From Candidatus Spongiisociaceae bacterium (GTDB lineage Bacteria > Actinomycetota > Acidimicrobiia > Spongiisociales > Spongiisociaceae): a stretch of 64,000 nt of DNA. Both the position numbers and the translations under genes were made by a program. Of the stretch, positions 19,390 through 29,664 are shown piece by piece (position 1 is the stretch's first letter; each line of letters begins with the position of its first letter). The stretch covers positions 640,001 to 704,000 of the forward strand of contig CBDCOH010000002.1 of assembly GCA_965219685.1 (NCBI GenBank), written 5' to 3'. The notes under the pieces are model-generated. The model did not search any database. It was not told the origin of the DNA and was given only the letters and a program-made list of their open reading frames with translations.

Positions 19390-20760
19390 TCAGGCTTCGG
19401 GCACTGCTCTGGCCAGGTCCTCGAGGGCCGCTCTGGCATCTGCGAAGAGCATCAGCGTGGCGTCGAGGTAGAACAGCGGGTTGTCGATTCCGGCAAAGCC
19501 GGGCGAGAGGCTTCGCTTTATGACGATGGTCGTGGCGGCCCGGTCGACATCCAGGATCGGCATCCCGTAGATGGGGGAGGAAGGATCCTCCCGGGCGGAG
19601 GGATTCACCACGTCGTTGGCGCCGACCACCAGTGCCACGTCCGTGCGGGGGAAGTCGTCGTTTATCTCGTCGAGGTCGAGCAACTGCCTGTAGGGAACAT
19701 CCGCCTCGGCCAGCAGAACGTTCATGTGGCCGGGCATCCTCCCGGCCACCGGGTGGATGGCGTAGCGAACCTCCACGCCGCGCTCGGCGAGCCGGTCGGC
19801 CAGATCCCGCGCCGCGTACTGTGCCTGTGCCACTGCCAGCCCGTAGCCCGGCACCACGATCACGTTCCGGGCGTAGGCAAGGGTCACGGCCGCATCCTCG
19901 ATGGTGGCCCTGATCACCGAGCCGCTGCCCGCGTCATCCTGTCGTCCTTCTCCGTTCCCGCCGAATGCTGCGAACAGCACGTTGGCGAGGGACCGATTCA
20001 TGGCTCTCGACATGATGGCGGTGAGGACCAGTCCGGACGCGCCTACCAGGGCGCCGGAGATGATCAGGGCGTGGGAGCCGATCACGAAGCCGGTGGAGGC
20101 TGCGGCGAGGCCTGACATCGAGTTCAGGAAGGCAACGATCACCGGCATGTCGGCACCCCCGATCGGCAGGGTTCGGGTTACCCCCAGCAGGCCCGCCAGG
20201 GCTATGAGCAACCAGAGGGCGGTGCGGTCCCCCGAACTGACCATCCATATGCCGGTGCCGACAATCACGGCCGCCAGGACCGAATCGAAGAACAACTGTC
20301 CTCTGAACAGCATGGGTCGTCCCGCAATCAGGCCCTGCAGCTTCCCGAACGCCACGAAGCTGCCGGTGAACGTGGCGAGACCGACCACCGTAGAGACGCA
20401 GACGGTGATGGCCGTCTCGACGTCCGATGGAGCGTTCTCGAGGAACTCGGCAGCCGCGACCATGCCGGAGGCGGCCCCGCCGAAACCGTTGAAGGCCGCT
20501 ACCAACTGGGGGATTCCCGTCATCGCGACGCGGCGGGCCAGAAGGGCCCCGACCGTTCCGCCCACCAGGATGCCGGCGATTATCACGGTGTAGTCGATTA
20601 TGTCGGCTTGGAGGAGCGTCAGCACAACCGCTAGCAACATCCCGCCTGCTCCCATGAGGTTGCCCGAGCGGGCGGTGAGCGGCGAACCCAACCGTTTCAG
20701 CCCAAAGATGAAGAGGGTGGCTGCGACCAGGTACAGGATCGAGCCGAGGGCCTCGTTCAC
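19390..20760 (-). CDS. pntB: NAD(P) transhydrogenase beta subunit
   Basis: IGGADMPV, PGYGLAVAQAQ, HPVAGRMPGHMNVLLAEA, GANDVVNP. Confidence 0.96.
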   Translation of the reverse strand: MNEALGSILYLVAATLFIFGLKRLGSPLTARSGNLMGAGGMLLAVVLTLLQADIIDYTVIIAGILVGGTVGALLARRVAMTGIPQLVAAFNGFGGAASGMVAAAEFLENAPSDVETAITVCVSTVVGLATFTGSFVAFGKLQGLIAGRPMLFRGQLFFDSVLAAVIVGTGIWMVSSGDRTALWLLIALAGLLGVTRTLPIGGADMPVIVAFLNSMSGLAAASTGFVIGSHALIISGALVGASGLVLTAIMSRAMNRSLANVLFAAFGGNGEGRQDDAGSGSVIRATIEDAAVTLAYARNVIVVPGYGLAVAQAQYAARDLADRLAERGVEVRYAIHPVAGRMPGHMNVLLAEADVPYRQLLDLDEINDDFPRTDVALVVGANDVVNPSAREDPSSPIYGMPILDVDRAATTIVIKRSLSPGFAGIDNPLFYLDATLMLFADARAALEDLARAVPEA

Positions 20761-21035
20761 CGGCGGTCCTGCCGGAACATCTCGAGCATGCGGTCGGTGA
20801 CCAGGAATCCGCCCACCACGTTGATGGTGGCGAACGTCACCGCCAGGAACCCGAGTATCCAGGCGAGGGTGTCCCCCCGGCCCGCCACGAGCAGCGCGCC
20901 TATCAGGGTGATTCCCGAAATGGCGTTGGAGCCTGACATGAGCGGTGTGTGGAGTTGCGGGGGGACCTTGGTGATCACCTCGAAACCCACGAAAGCTGCT
21001 AGGACGAAGACCGTTATCCCGATGGCCAGCGTCAC
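20757..21035 (-). CDS. pntA: NAD(P) transhydrogenase alpha subunit, part 2
   Basis: VPPQLHTPLMSGSNAISG, NVVGGFLVTDRML. Confidence 0.94.
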   Translation of the reverse strand: MTLAIGITVFVLAAFVGFEVITKVPPQLHTPLMSGSNAISGITLIGALLVAGRGDTLAWILGFLAVTFATINVVGGFLVTDRMLEMFRQDRR

Positions 21036-22144
21036 GACGTCTCCCCGAGAAGGGTGAGGACAGCCGGGTGTACCACCTCTCCGCCGCAGGTGATGGTGAC
21101 CCCGGAACGGATCTCGTCGTCGATGTCCGGGGACAGGTCGGCCATGTAAGTGAGAAGTTCGTAGGCGTTCCGGGCGAACATCCTCGATGAATCGGCGGCC
21201 GGGCGTGCCTCCAGGCCGCTGGGTCCCACGATCGTCACCCCTTCGAACTCCACGACCTGGTCGGGTTCGGTCAGCGCGCAGTTGCCTCCTCGCTCGGCGG
21301 CTCCGTCCACGATCACCGACCCGGGCGACATCCTGGTAACTGCTTCGGTCGTGACCAGGCGTGGGGCCGGCCGGCCGGGGATGGCGGCGGCCGTTATCAC
21401 CGCGTCCGCCCCGGCCAGGTGTTCCTCGAGTAGCCCCAACAGGCGGTCCTCCTCGTCATCGTCGAGTTGGCGGGCGTAGCCACCCGAGGCGGAGGCATCC
21501 TGGGGCGCCACGTCCACCTCGATGAACGATGCCCCCAGGCTTCGAACCTGCTCAGCCGCGGCGGCCCGCACATCGTACGCCTTCACCACTGCTCCGAGCC
21601 GGCGGCAGGTGGCGATGGCCTGGAGACCGGCGACGCCGCATCCGAGCACCACCACGGTGGCGGGGCGGAGGGTGCCCGCCGCGGTGACCATCATCGGGAA
21701 GATCCGCTTGAGCCGGGAAGCCGCCTCCAACGCCATCCCATACCCGGCCAGCGTGGCTTGGGACGAGAGCACATCCATTCCCTGGGCCCGGGTGGTTCGC
21801 GGTAGGGTCTCGAAAGCCAACGCTGTCACCCCGGTTCCGGCCAGTTCGCGCATCCGCTCCGGTTCGTCGAGTGGTTCGAGCAGGCCGAGCAGGAAGGCGC
21901 CGGGCGACAGCCGGGAACGTACTTCGGCGGGGGGCGGCCGCACGGTCACCACCGCATCGGCTCCCCAGGCCGAATCGACCAACTCGCACCCGACCTTCCG
22001 GTAGGCCGCGTCGGAGAATCCGGCGCCTCCCCCGGCGCCCCGCTCGACAATGACCCTGTGGCCATCCGCAATGTAACGCCGGGCCATGCCGGGGGTGATT
22101 CCCACCCGTGGTTCCTGCTGCTGGCGGGGGCCGCCGATGTTCAT
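21032..22144 (-). CDS. pntA: NAD(P) transhydrogenase alpha subunit, part 1
   Basis: PRTTRAQGMDVLSSQA, GCGVAGLQAI, GGNC. Confidence 0.93.
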   Translation of the reverse strand: MNIGGPRQQQEPRVGITPGMARRYIADGHRVIVERGAGGGAGFSDAAYRKVGCELVDSAWGADAVVTVRPPPAEVRSRLSPGAFLLGLLEPLDEPERMRELAGTGVTALAFETLPRTTRAQGMDVLSSQATLAGYGMALEAASRLKRIFPMMVTAAGTLRPATVVVLGCGVAGLQAIATCRRLGAVVKAYDVRAAAAEQVRSLGASFIEVDVAPQDASASGGYARQLDDDEEDRLLGLLEEHLAGADAVITAAAIPGRPAPRLVTTEAVTRMSPGSVIVDGAAERGGNCALTEPDQVVEFEGVTIVGPSGLEARPAADSSRMFARNAYELLTYMADLSPDIDDEIRSGVTITCGGEVVHPAVLTLLGETS

Positions 22145-22193
22145 GGTTGAAAAACTATTAGCCGGCGCACGCTTAGGCCAACTCCCCCGGTTC

Positions 22194-23261
22194 TCAGGTC
22201 TCTGCTACCGCGACCGCAATCCGATCGCCCAACTCCTCGGTGGTGGCGCCCATGTCAGGTCCGCCCATGGAGTTCATCGTCGGGACCACCGCCGCCGCGG
22301 CTTCCTCGACGATGGATGCGGCCACGCCTTCACCGAGATGGGCGAGGCACATGGCAACCGACAGGACCGCAGCCACCGGGTTGGCCCATCCCAGCCCGAC
22401 GATGTCGGGCGCCGACCCGTGGACCGGCTCAAAGATCGATGGGTAGTCGCGTTCCGGATTCAGGTTGCCACTGGCGGCCAGCCCCATGCCGCCCTGAACG
22501 GCGGCGCCCAGGTCGGTGATTATGTCCCCGAACAGGTTGTCGGTGACGACCACGTCGAAGCGTTCCGGGGAGGTGACCAGATAAAGGCACATCGCGTCGA
22601 CGTGCACGTAGTCGACCTCGACGTGAGGATACTTCTCCGCCAGTTCGTTCACGGTGCGGTTCCAGAGGTCTCCCGCATAGGCGAGCACGTTGGTCTTGTG
22701 GCACAGGGTGAGGCGCTGTTGGCGTACCAGCGCCTGCTCGAAGGCGAACGTGACTATCCGTCCCACCCCGAAGCGGGTGTTGAGCGACTCCTGGATAGCC
22801 ACCTCGGCCGGCGTCCCCTTGCGCAAGACCCCTCCGGCGTCGCAGTAAGGTCCTTCGGTATTCTCCCGCGCGATCAGGATGTCGCAGCGTTCCGGCGTTA
22901 GACCGGTTATGGGGGTGGGGACTCCCGGTAGGAGCTTGACCGGCCGCAGATTGACGTACAGGTCGAAGTCGAAACGGAGCTTGAGGAGCAGACCCCTCTC
23001 GAGGATACCTGGAGGAACGTCGGGACGGCCGACAGCCCCGACCAGTACGGCGTCGTGGGAAGCCAATTCATCCTCCACCGAATCCGGAAGCACCTCCCCG
23101 GTAGCCAGGTACCGGGTTCCGCCCAAGTCGTAGTGATTGGTGTCCACGGAGAAACCGCACCGGTCGGCGGCCGCGTCCAGAGATTTGAGAGCTTGGTCGG
23201 TGACCTCAGGGCCGATGCCGTCCCCGCCGATCACAGCGATCCGGTAGCGCCGTTCACCCAT
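22194..23261 (-). CDS. leuB: 3-isopropylmalate dehydrogenase (short actinobacterial type)
   Basis: GDGIGPEV, RENTEG, NLFGDIITDL, EPVHGSAPDI. Confidence 0.93.
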   Translation of the reverse strand: MGERRYRIAVIGGDGIGPEVTDQALKSLDAAADRCGFSVDTNHYDLGGTRYLATGEVLPDSVEDELASHDAVLVGAVGRPDVPPGILERGLLLKLRFDFDLYVNLRPVKLLPGVPTPITGLTPERCDILIARENTEGPYCDAGGVLRKGTPAEVAIQESLNTRFGVGRIVTFAFEQALVRQQRLTLCHKTNVLAYAGDLWNRTVNELAEKYPHVEVDYVHVDAMCLYLVTSPERFDVVVTDNLFGDIITDLGAAVQGGMGLAASGNLNPERDYPSIFEPVHGSAPDIVGLGWANPVAAVLSVAMCLAHLGEGVAASIVEEAAAAVVPTMNSMGGPDMGATTEELGDRIAVAVAET

Positions 23262-24777
23262 TGACAGCGCTCAGGGCTCGGTTGAGAGCCTCTACGAAGG
23301 CATGACCCGACCCCTCCACCACGTCGGTCGAGACGGCCCGCCCGCGATGGGTGGAGCCGTTGACCTGTACTACGACGTTTACTTCGGCCATGGCGTCCGC
23401 TCCGGCTGTAACCGGAACCACACGGTAGTCGAGCAGGTCCACATCCAGCCGGAATGCTTTCTTGAGGGCGTCGAAAGTCGCATCCACCATGCCGTCCCCG
23501 GTTCCCGTGAACTCCTCGGACTCGCTCGATTCGCCACGAACCACCCGGACTGTGGCGGCAGGTGTAACGTCGCTGCCTCCACTGACCCTCATCGAGACCA
23601 AGCGGATCGTCTGGTCGGCTCGGCTCTCGCCGTAGCGGATGATTGCCCGCAACTCGCTCTCGTTGATCTCGACCTTGCGGTCCGCCAAGGCCTTGAATCG
23701 CCGGAAGGCGTCGGCGAACTGCTCGTCCTCCAGGACGATATCCAGTTTGGCGAGCGCGTCGGCAAACCCCGCCCGGCCAGAATGCTTGCCGAGCACTATC
23801 TGGCTCTCCGCTCCGACCGACTTGGGATCGATGATCTCGTAGGTCTCCCGGTCTCGCAGGACTCCGTGCTGGTGGATGCCCGACTCGTGGGCAAAGGCGT
23901 TCCGTCCCACCACCGCCTTGTTGAACTGCACCGGATAGCCGGTCAACCTGGACACCAAACGGCTGGTGGGGACTATCTCCTCGGTGTTGGCGGCGATTTC
24001 GACGCCGAAGTGATCGGTCCGCGTGGTGACGGCCATGATTATCTCCTCGGTGGAGGTATTCCCGGCTCGTTCGCCTATCCCGTTTATCGCGCCTTCGATC
24101 TGGCGCGCTCCCGCGTGGATCGCGGAGAGCGAGTTGGCGACCGCCAGCCCCAGGTCGTTGTGGCAGTGCGTCGATACGATGACGTCGTCGCGTCCATCGA
24201 GAACCTCGTCGTAGACCCGCCGGAGCAGTTCGACGTATTCCTCGGGGGTAGCGAAGCCAACCGTGTCTGGAATGTTGATCGTCGTCGCACCTTCGCGAAC
24301 GGCCGCCCTGCAGCAGGCAATCATGAAGTCGGGGTCGGAGCGGGTAGCGTCCTGCGGTGAGAACTCCACGTCGTCCGTGTATCGACGGGCCCGCCGTACC
24401 GACTCGATGATCGATCTCATGACTTCTTCCGGAGTCATCCGCAGCATCCGTTCCATGTGGATGGGCGAGGTGCTCTGGAAGACATGGATGCGATGACGCT
24501 GCGCGTGGCGTACCGCGTCGTACGCACGGTCTATGTCATCCGGTACACAGCGGGCGAGCGAGGCGATGACAGGACCCTCTACCTTGCGGGCGATCTGGGA
24601 GACCCCGTAGAAGTCCCCATCGGACGCCGCCGCGAAGCCCGCTTCGATTACATCGACGCGGAGTCTGGCCAGTTGCCGGGCGATCGCCAGCTTCTCGTCG
24701 GGAGTCAGCGCGATTCCCGGAGCCTGCTCACCATCGCGCAGGGTCGTGTCGAAGAGGATCAGTCTGTCTTGCGGCAT
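23254..24777 (-). CDS. leuA: 2-isopropylmalate synthase
   Basis: DTTLRDGEQAPG, HCHNDLG, GIGERAGN, HESGIHQ, C-terminal regulatory domain. Confidence 0.96.
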   Translation of the reverse strand: MPQDRLILFDTTLRDGEQAPGIALTPDEKLAIARQLARLRVDVIEAGFAAASDGDFYGVSQIARKVEGPVIASLARCVPDDIDRAYDAVRHAQRHRIHVFQSTSPIHMERMLRMTPEEVMRSIIESVRRARRYTDDVEFSPQDATRSDPDFMIACCRAAVREGATTINIPDTVGFATPEEYVELLRRVYDEVLDGRDDVIVSTHCHNDLGLAVANSLSAIHAGARQIEGAINGIGERAGNTSTEEIIMAVTTRTDHFGVEIAANTEEIVPTSRLVSRLTGYPVQFNKAVVGRNAFAHESGIHQHGVLRDRETYEIIDPKSVGAESQIVLGKHSGRAGFADALAKLDIVLEDEQFADAFRRFKALADRKVEINESELRAIIRYGESRADQTIRLVSMRVSGGSDVTPAATVRVVRGESSESEEFTGTGDGMVDATFDALKKAFRLDVDLLDYRVVPVTAGADAMAEVNVVVQVNGSTHRGRAVSTDVVEGSGHAFVEALNRALSAVNG

Positions 24778-24783
24778 GGGGGT

Positions 24784-24947
24784 GCCTCCGTCTATGAGGT
24801 CGATGCGGTGGGGTGGGTTACGGGAGCAGAAGCCTCCACAGCCCTCTAGAGGCCGCGGAGGCGCGCTAGGACCAGTAACCCCAGGAGGCTGTCTGGGCGA
24901 GCGGCGGCGCGGGAGCCGCGTTCGGCGATGTCCCTCCTCAAGCCCAT
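24784..24947 (-). promoter_or_regulatory. Leu-rich leader peptide (33 aa, 24947-24846) with hairpin upstream of leuA (LEU-element-like)
   Basis: [33 protein letters not shown]; 12-bp stem at 24832-24862 around the stop; its GCCTCC arm is complementary to the leuA RBS GGAGGC (24789-24784). Confidence 0.75.
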
Positions 24948-25957
24948 CAGTCAGGCGCTTTCGGGGTCAGGAAGGGCATCAGGTCGCGTAGCCGGGCTCC
25001 GACCTGCTCTATCTCGTGGGCGCGTTCGCGAGAACGACGGTCCAGCAGGTTGGGGGCGCCGGCGCGGGCCTCGTCCATCCATTGCCTGGCGAAGCGACCG
25101 GAACGGATGTCGTCGAGAACCTCCGCCATCACCTGTCTCGTTTCCTCGGTGACGATACGGGGGCCGGTGCTGTAGTCGCCCCACTCGGCGGTGTCCGACA
25201 CCGAGTAACGCATCCAGGTGAGTCCACCCTCGTAGAGCAGGTCGACGATCAGCTTCAGTTCGTGGAGTGTCTCGAAGTAGGCCGACTCCGGCTGGTAGCC
25301 GGCTCCGACCAGCGTCTCGTAGGAGGCCTTGATCAACTCCGACATCCCGCCGCAGAGGATGACCTGTTCACCGAAGAGGTCGGTCTCGGTCTCCTCCTCG
25401 AAAGTGGTCTCGAGGACGCCCGCCCTGGTGCCCCCGATACCCCAAGCGTACGAGAGGCCGAGTTGCTTGGCGCTCCCGCTCGCATCCTGATGCACGGCGA
25501 GCAGGCAGGGCACGCCCGACCCCTCGATGTAGGTGCGCCGCACCAGATGGCCCGGCCCCTTCGGTGCCACCATCAGGACGTCGAGACCCGGATCCGGGGC
25601 GATCTCTCCGAAGTGGATATTGAATCCGTGGGCAAACATGAGGGCATCACCCGCGACGAGGTGGGGAGCGATTTCGGCGGTGTACAGATCGGCGGCGTGC
25701 TGGTCCGGAACCAGCACCATGACCACGTCGGCCCAGGCCGCCACCTCCGGGACCGTACCCACCGCCAAGCCTTCGCCTTCAGCCTCTACTCGCCGCTTCG
25801 ACGACGGACGCAATCCCACCATGACCCTGACGCCGGACTCCCTCAAGTTGAGAGCATGGGCGTGCCCCTGGCTCCCGTAGCCGATCACTGCCACCCGTCT
25901 TCCCGATACGACGGTGGGATCGGCGTCCTGGTCGTAGTAGATCGAAGCCATGCTCAT
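24947..25957 (-). CDS. ilvC: Ketol-acid reductoisomerase
   Basis: [37 protein letters not shown]. Confidence 0.97.
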   Translation of the reverse strand: MSMASIYYDQDADPTVVSGRRVAVIGYGSQGHAHALNLRESGVRVMVGLRPSSKRRVEAEGEGLAVGTVPEVAAWADVVMVLVPDQHAADLYTAEIAPHLVAGDALMFAHGFNIHFGEIAPDPGLDVLMVAPKGPGHLVRRTYIEGSGVPCLLAVHQDASGSAKQLGLSYAWGIGGTRAGVLETTFEEETETDLFGEQVILCGGMSELIKASYETLVGAGYQPESAYFETLHELKLIVDLLYEGGLTWMRYSVSDTAEWGDYSTGPRIVTEETRQVMAEVLDDIRSGRFARQWMDEARAGAPNLLDRRSRERAHEIEQVGARLRDLMPFLTPKAPD

Positions 25958-26009
25958 GTTCCCCTGCTAGTCGGGCGGGAAGGGATTCTATCGCTTGTCC
26001 GGCCGGGCG

Positions 26010-26513
26010 TCATCCGACGGCTTTGAGCTTGCGGACCTTGGGTTCGCGACGCACCGCGATCCGTCCCGACTTGACGAGCTCGATTATCCCGAACGGACGG
26101 ACGAGGTCCAGGAAATCGTTGAGTTTGGAAGGCTTGCCGGCCATGAGCAGGGTCAAGGAGTTGACCGCCACATCCACCGGAGTGGCGTTGAAGATCCTGG
26201 CCAGGTCAATTACGTCCCCCCGTCGCCCCGAGGTGGCGTTTACCTTCACGAGCATGATCTCGCGTTCGATCGAGATGGCGGGATCGAGTTCGGTGATCTT
26301 CACAACGTTGACCAGCTTGTGCAGCTGCTTTTTGACCTGTTCCAGTTCGGCGGCCATCACCACGATTGTCATGGTGGACAGGCCGGCATCGGCAGTCGGC
26401 CCCACGGCCAGCGAGTGGATGTTGAACCCCCTCCGGGCAAGCAGCGAGGAGACCCGCGCAAGCACACCGGGCTTGTCCTCGACCAGCACGCTCAGCACGC
26501 GATGTTCTCTCAT
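26010..26513 (-). CDS. ilvN: Acetolactate synthase small subunit
   Basis: VEDKPGVLARV, RRGFNIHSLAVG ACT domain. Confidence 0.96.
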   Translation of the reverse strand: MREHRVLSVLVEDKPGVLARVSSLLARRGFNIHSLAVGPTADAGLSTMTIVVMAAELEQVKKQLHKLVNVVKITELDPAISIEREIMLVKVNATSGRRGDVIDLARIFNATPVDVAVNSLTLLMAGKPSKLNDFLDLVRPFGIIELVKSGRIAVRREPKVRKLKAVG

Positions 26514-28210
26514 AAGTCCTCCGGTCCTGTCAGAACGATGTCGTTGGATCCCCCGGCGGGCACCATCGGGAACACCATCTCGTCGCGGTCCACCTTGAAC
26601 TCGACCACCACCGACCGGTCGTCGATCTCGAGCATTCGGCTAATCACGCCGTCCACATCCTCGGGGTGGTCGGCGCGCAGCCCCACGCAACCCATGGCTT
26701 CGGCGAGCTTCACGTAGTCGGGGAGGTGCCGGCCAAGGTCGGAGCCCGAGAAGCGCTCGCTGTAGAACAACCTCTGCCACTGCCGGACCATGCCGTGAGC
26801 GGCGTTGTTGAACACCGCCACCTTGATGGGGATCTTCTCGACTGAGGCGGTCAGCAACTCCTGGACGGTCATCTGGAAGCAGCCATCGCCGTCGACCGCG
26901 ATCACCTGCTTGTCCGGCTTGCCGGCCTTGGCGCCGATCGCCGCCGGAACCGCGAACCCCATGGTCCCCAAGCCCCCGGAGTTGATCCAACGGCGGGGCT
27001 TCTCGAAGCCCCAGAACTGCGATGCCCACATCTGGTGCTGGCCGACGCCGGACACCACTATGGCGTCCTCATCCACCAACTCCCGGAGACGGGTGAGTAT
27101 GTACTGCGGCTTGAGCGGACCATCCGGTTCCTGCTCGAAGCGGAGCGGATGGGTCTCCTGCCACTCGCGGATAGTCTGCCACCACTTCCTGAGCTCAGGC
27201 GTAGGCGTGTCGCCCCAACGCTCGCATAGCGCCTCCAGTATCCGGCGGGCATCGCCCACGATCGGTACCTCGGGTACCCGTACCTTGCCGATCTCCGCCG
27301 GATCGACATCGGCGTGGATGACCTTCGCGAAGGGTGCGAAGGCGTCCGGGTCGCCCGTCACGCGATCGTCGAAGCGGACCCCGATCGCCACGAGGAGGTC
27401 GGCTTTCTGGACGGAAGTAGTGGCCGCGTAGAGACCATGCATGCCTGGCATTCCCAGCGCATTGGGATGGCTGTCCGCTATGGCTCCCCTTCCCATGAGC
27501 GTGGTGATCACCGGCATGTTGGTCATCTCCGCGAACGCGGTGAGAGCCTCGGAAGCGTTCGCCTTGATAATCCCACCACCCACGTACAGGACCGGCCGCT
27601 CAGCGCTCTCGATCAGCCTGACAGCTTCGGCAACACGACGCGGATGGGGTTCAACGGTGGGACGGTAACCGGGCATCGAGATGGGTCCGGGATCCCGCCA
27701 CTCGAGACGTGCGTTGAGAACATCCTTGGGAAGGTCGATGAGAACGGGGCCCGGGCGGCCGGTTCCGGCGAGATGGAATGCCTCCGCGACGACTTGAGAA
27801 ATCTCGTCCGGTTCGGTTACGAAGTAGTTGTGCTTGGTGGCCGGCATGGTTATGCCGGTCGTATAGGCCTCCTGGAAGGCGTCGTTACCGACCGCATGGG
27901 TCGGGACCTGCCCGGTGATGGCAACGATCGGTACGGAGTCCATCAGGGCGTCGGCCAGGGGCGTGACCAGATTGGTGGCGCCGGGGCCCGACGTTGCGAT
28001 TGCCACGCCGACCTTGCCGGTTGCCCACGCATATCCCTCCGCCATGTGTCCGGCGCCCTGCTCGTGCCTGGCCAGGATGTGACGGAATCGAGCATCCAGC
28101 AACGGATCGTAGGCGGGAAGGATGGCTCCGCCGGGTATGCCGAAGGCCACGTCGACTTCTTGATACTCGAGAGCTTTGATCAGTGCCTCAGCACCGGTGA
28201 TGCTGCTCAT
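26510..28210 (-). CDS. ilvB: Acetolactate synthase large subunit
   Basis: GIPGGAILP, RHEQGA, TSGPGATN, GMPGMHG, GDGCFQM; start ATG 28210. Confidence 0.96.
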   Translation of the reverse strand: MSSITGAEALIKALEYQEVDVAFGIPGGAILPAYDPLLDARFRHILARHEQGAGHMAEGYAWATGKVGVAIATSGPGATNLVTPLADALMDSVPIVAITGQVPTHAVGNDAFQEAYTTGITMPATKHNYFVTEPDEISQVVAEAFHLAGTGRPGPVLIDLPKDVLNARLEWRDPGPISMPGYRPTVEPHPRRVAEAVRLIESAERPVLYVGGGIIKANASEALTAFAEMTNMPVITTLMGRGAIADSHPNALGMPGMHGLYAATTSVQKADLLVAIGVRFDDRVTGDPDAFAPFAKVIHADVDPAEIGKVRVPEVPIVGDARRILEALCERWGDTPTPELRKWWQTIREWQETHPLRFEQEPDGPLKPQYILTRLRELVDEDAIVVSGVGQHQMWASQFWGFEKPRRWINSGGLGTMGFAVPAAIGAKAGKPDKQVIAVDGDGCFQMTVQELLTASVEKIPIKVAVFNNAAHGMVRQWQRLFYSERFSGSDLGRHLPDYVKLAEAMGCVGLRADHPEDVDGVISRMLEIDDRSVVVEFKVDRDEMVFPMVPAGGSNDIVLTGPEDL

Positions 28211-28260
28211 CTGGCTTCCTAACGTGCGGGTGGTCGGGGAACTTGCTGGGAGTCTTAGAG

Positions 28261-28351
28261 AAAAGCCCCCCGTAGTGGAGGGCTTGGTGCGCACGCGCCG
28301 CGATGCGACGGTGCGCTACATAAGTACTAGGACTCTGCCGTCGGGGATCAT
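28261..28351 (-). promoter_or_regulatory. ilvB attenuator: leader peptide MIPDGRVLVLM (28351-28316) plus intrinsic terminator
   Basis: Leader codons GTC CTA GTA CTT; terminator AAGCCCTCCACTACGGGGGGCTTTT at 28285-28261. Confidence 0.85.
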
Positions 28352-28443
28352 GGGAACCCGGAGTATGGAGCATGCGAGCCGGGATGTCAACATCCGTGGT
28401 CCCGCAGGTCCGGGCTGGTCGGAGTTGGCGTACGATTGGTGTC

Positions 28444-29664
28444 ATGCGTAACCGTAGGCACGATGGCCTCGCACGGGTCATAGAGGTTGCCAGGCAGGTG
28501 CTGTCCGATCTCGACCCAGACGACATACCGGCAGGCCTTGCCCGGATCGCCGCCCAGACCCGCCGCAGGTTGGTGCCTCCGCTGGAGCGTCGGCTCCTGG
28601 AGGAGATCGACCGCAACGATTGGTTCCGTGAACGAGCGGCAGAAGCATTCGAAGAAGCACGGGACTCCGAGGATCCGGACGGCGAAGCGGCCGCTCTCTT
28701 CCTCCTTAGGCCGGAGGGGTGGGAGGTCCGGCTCGATGAGATCGCGCAGCGGCGGCTGGACTCCGAACGCTCGGATCGTATGGCGCATCTGACCCGGCGG
28801 ATCGGGGAGTTGGAGTCGGAGATCGAATCTTGGAGGAACAGGGCCAAACGGTACCGCCGGAAGGCTGACCAAGCCGCCGTGAAAGCAGACCGCAGAGCGA
28901 CGGAGCGCGCCCGTGGGCGGAAGCAGCGGGAGTCTCGGCGTCTCGAAGAACTCGGAAGGGAGAACCGCAACTTGGCGAAGGAACTGGCGGCGGTTACGGG
29001 GGAACTTGAAGAGACACGGCAACGCCTCGGAGATGCGCGGGCGGAACTGGCGAAGCAGCGGCGGGTCCAGCGGTCGGCGGCGCCAAAGCTCTCCCCCAGC
29101 GCCTGGGGCGAGTTGGATCCGGTCGGGGCGGCGCGGCTTCTGGACGACGTAGCAAGTGCTCTGTCCCCGGAGCCGAGCTTCAGCGACCCGGTGGTGACGC
29201 CGGTAGAATATCCACTTGGTCTTCCGCGTGGGCTGGCGCCGGATGATCGGTCGGCAATCGATTGGCTGCTGACGCTGGATCGGTCCTTCGCGTTTCTCGT
29301 CGACGGTTACAACGTGGGCTATCACCTCGACCATGCCCGCTTCAACTCCGCCGAGATCCGGCGCCGCTTGGAGAACGACCTGGTCCGTCTGAAGTCCCTG
29401 GCGCGGGGTCGGCCTCAGATCACGGTGGTCTACGACTCGGCACAGACCGGAGACACCACGAGAGACTCCGTGGCCGGAGGGGTCGAAGTCCGGTACACGA
29501 ACGCCGGACACACCGCTGACGACGAACTCGTTGACCTCGCCAGACGTCTCGGCCGATCGGCGGTCGTGGTGTCAAGCGACCGCCGGGTCAGGGAGCAGGC
29601 CGAGGAAGCGGGGTCGTTGGGTTTGTGGAGCGAAGCTCTGGCCGGATGGATGCTGCAGTGGTGA
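28444..29664 (+). CDS. Coiled-coil protein with C-terminal NYN (YacP-like) nuclease domain
   Basis: LVDGYNV, VVYDS, TADDEL, VVSSDRRV; long charged coiled coil; TACGAT 7 nt before ATG. Confidence 0.85.
   Translation: MRNRRHDGLARVIEVARQVLSDLDPDDIPAGLARIAAQTRRRLVPPLERRLLEEIDRNDWFRERAAEAFEEARDSEDPDGEAAALFLLRPEGWEVRLDEIAQRRLDSERSDRMAHLTRRIGELESEIESWRNRAKRYRRKADQAAVKADRRATERARGRKQRESRRLEELGRENRNLAKELAAVTGELEETRQRLGDARAELAKQRRVQRSAAPKLSPSAWGELDPVGAARLLDDVASALSPEPSFSDPVVTPVEYPLGLPRGLAPDDRSAIDWLLTLDRSFAFLVDGYNVGYHLDHARFNSAEIRRRLENDLVRLKSLARGRPQITVVYDSAQTGDTTRDSVAGGVEVRYTNAGHTADDELVDLARRLGRSAVVVSSDRRVREQAEEAGSLGLWSEALAGWMLQW

Noticed and set aside
20757-22144. Split pntA as a pseudogene or frameshift
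   Set aside because: A two-part alpha subunit is a common natural arrangement, and both parts are intact with overlapping stop/start.
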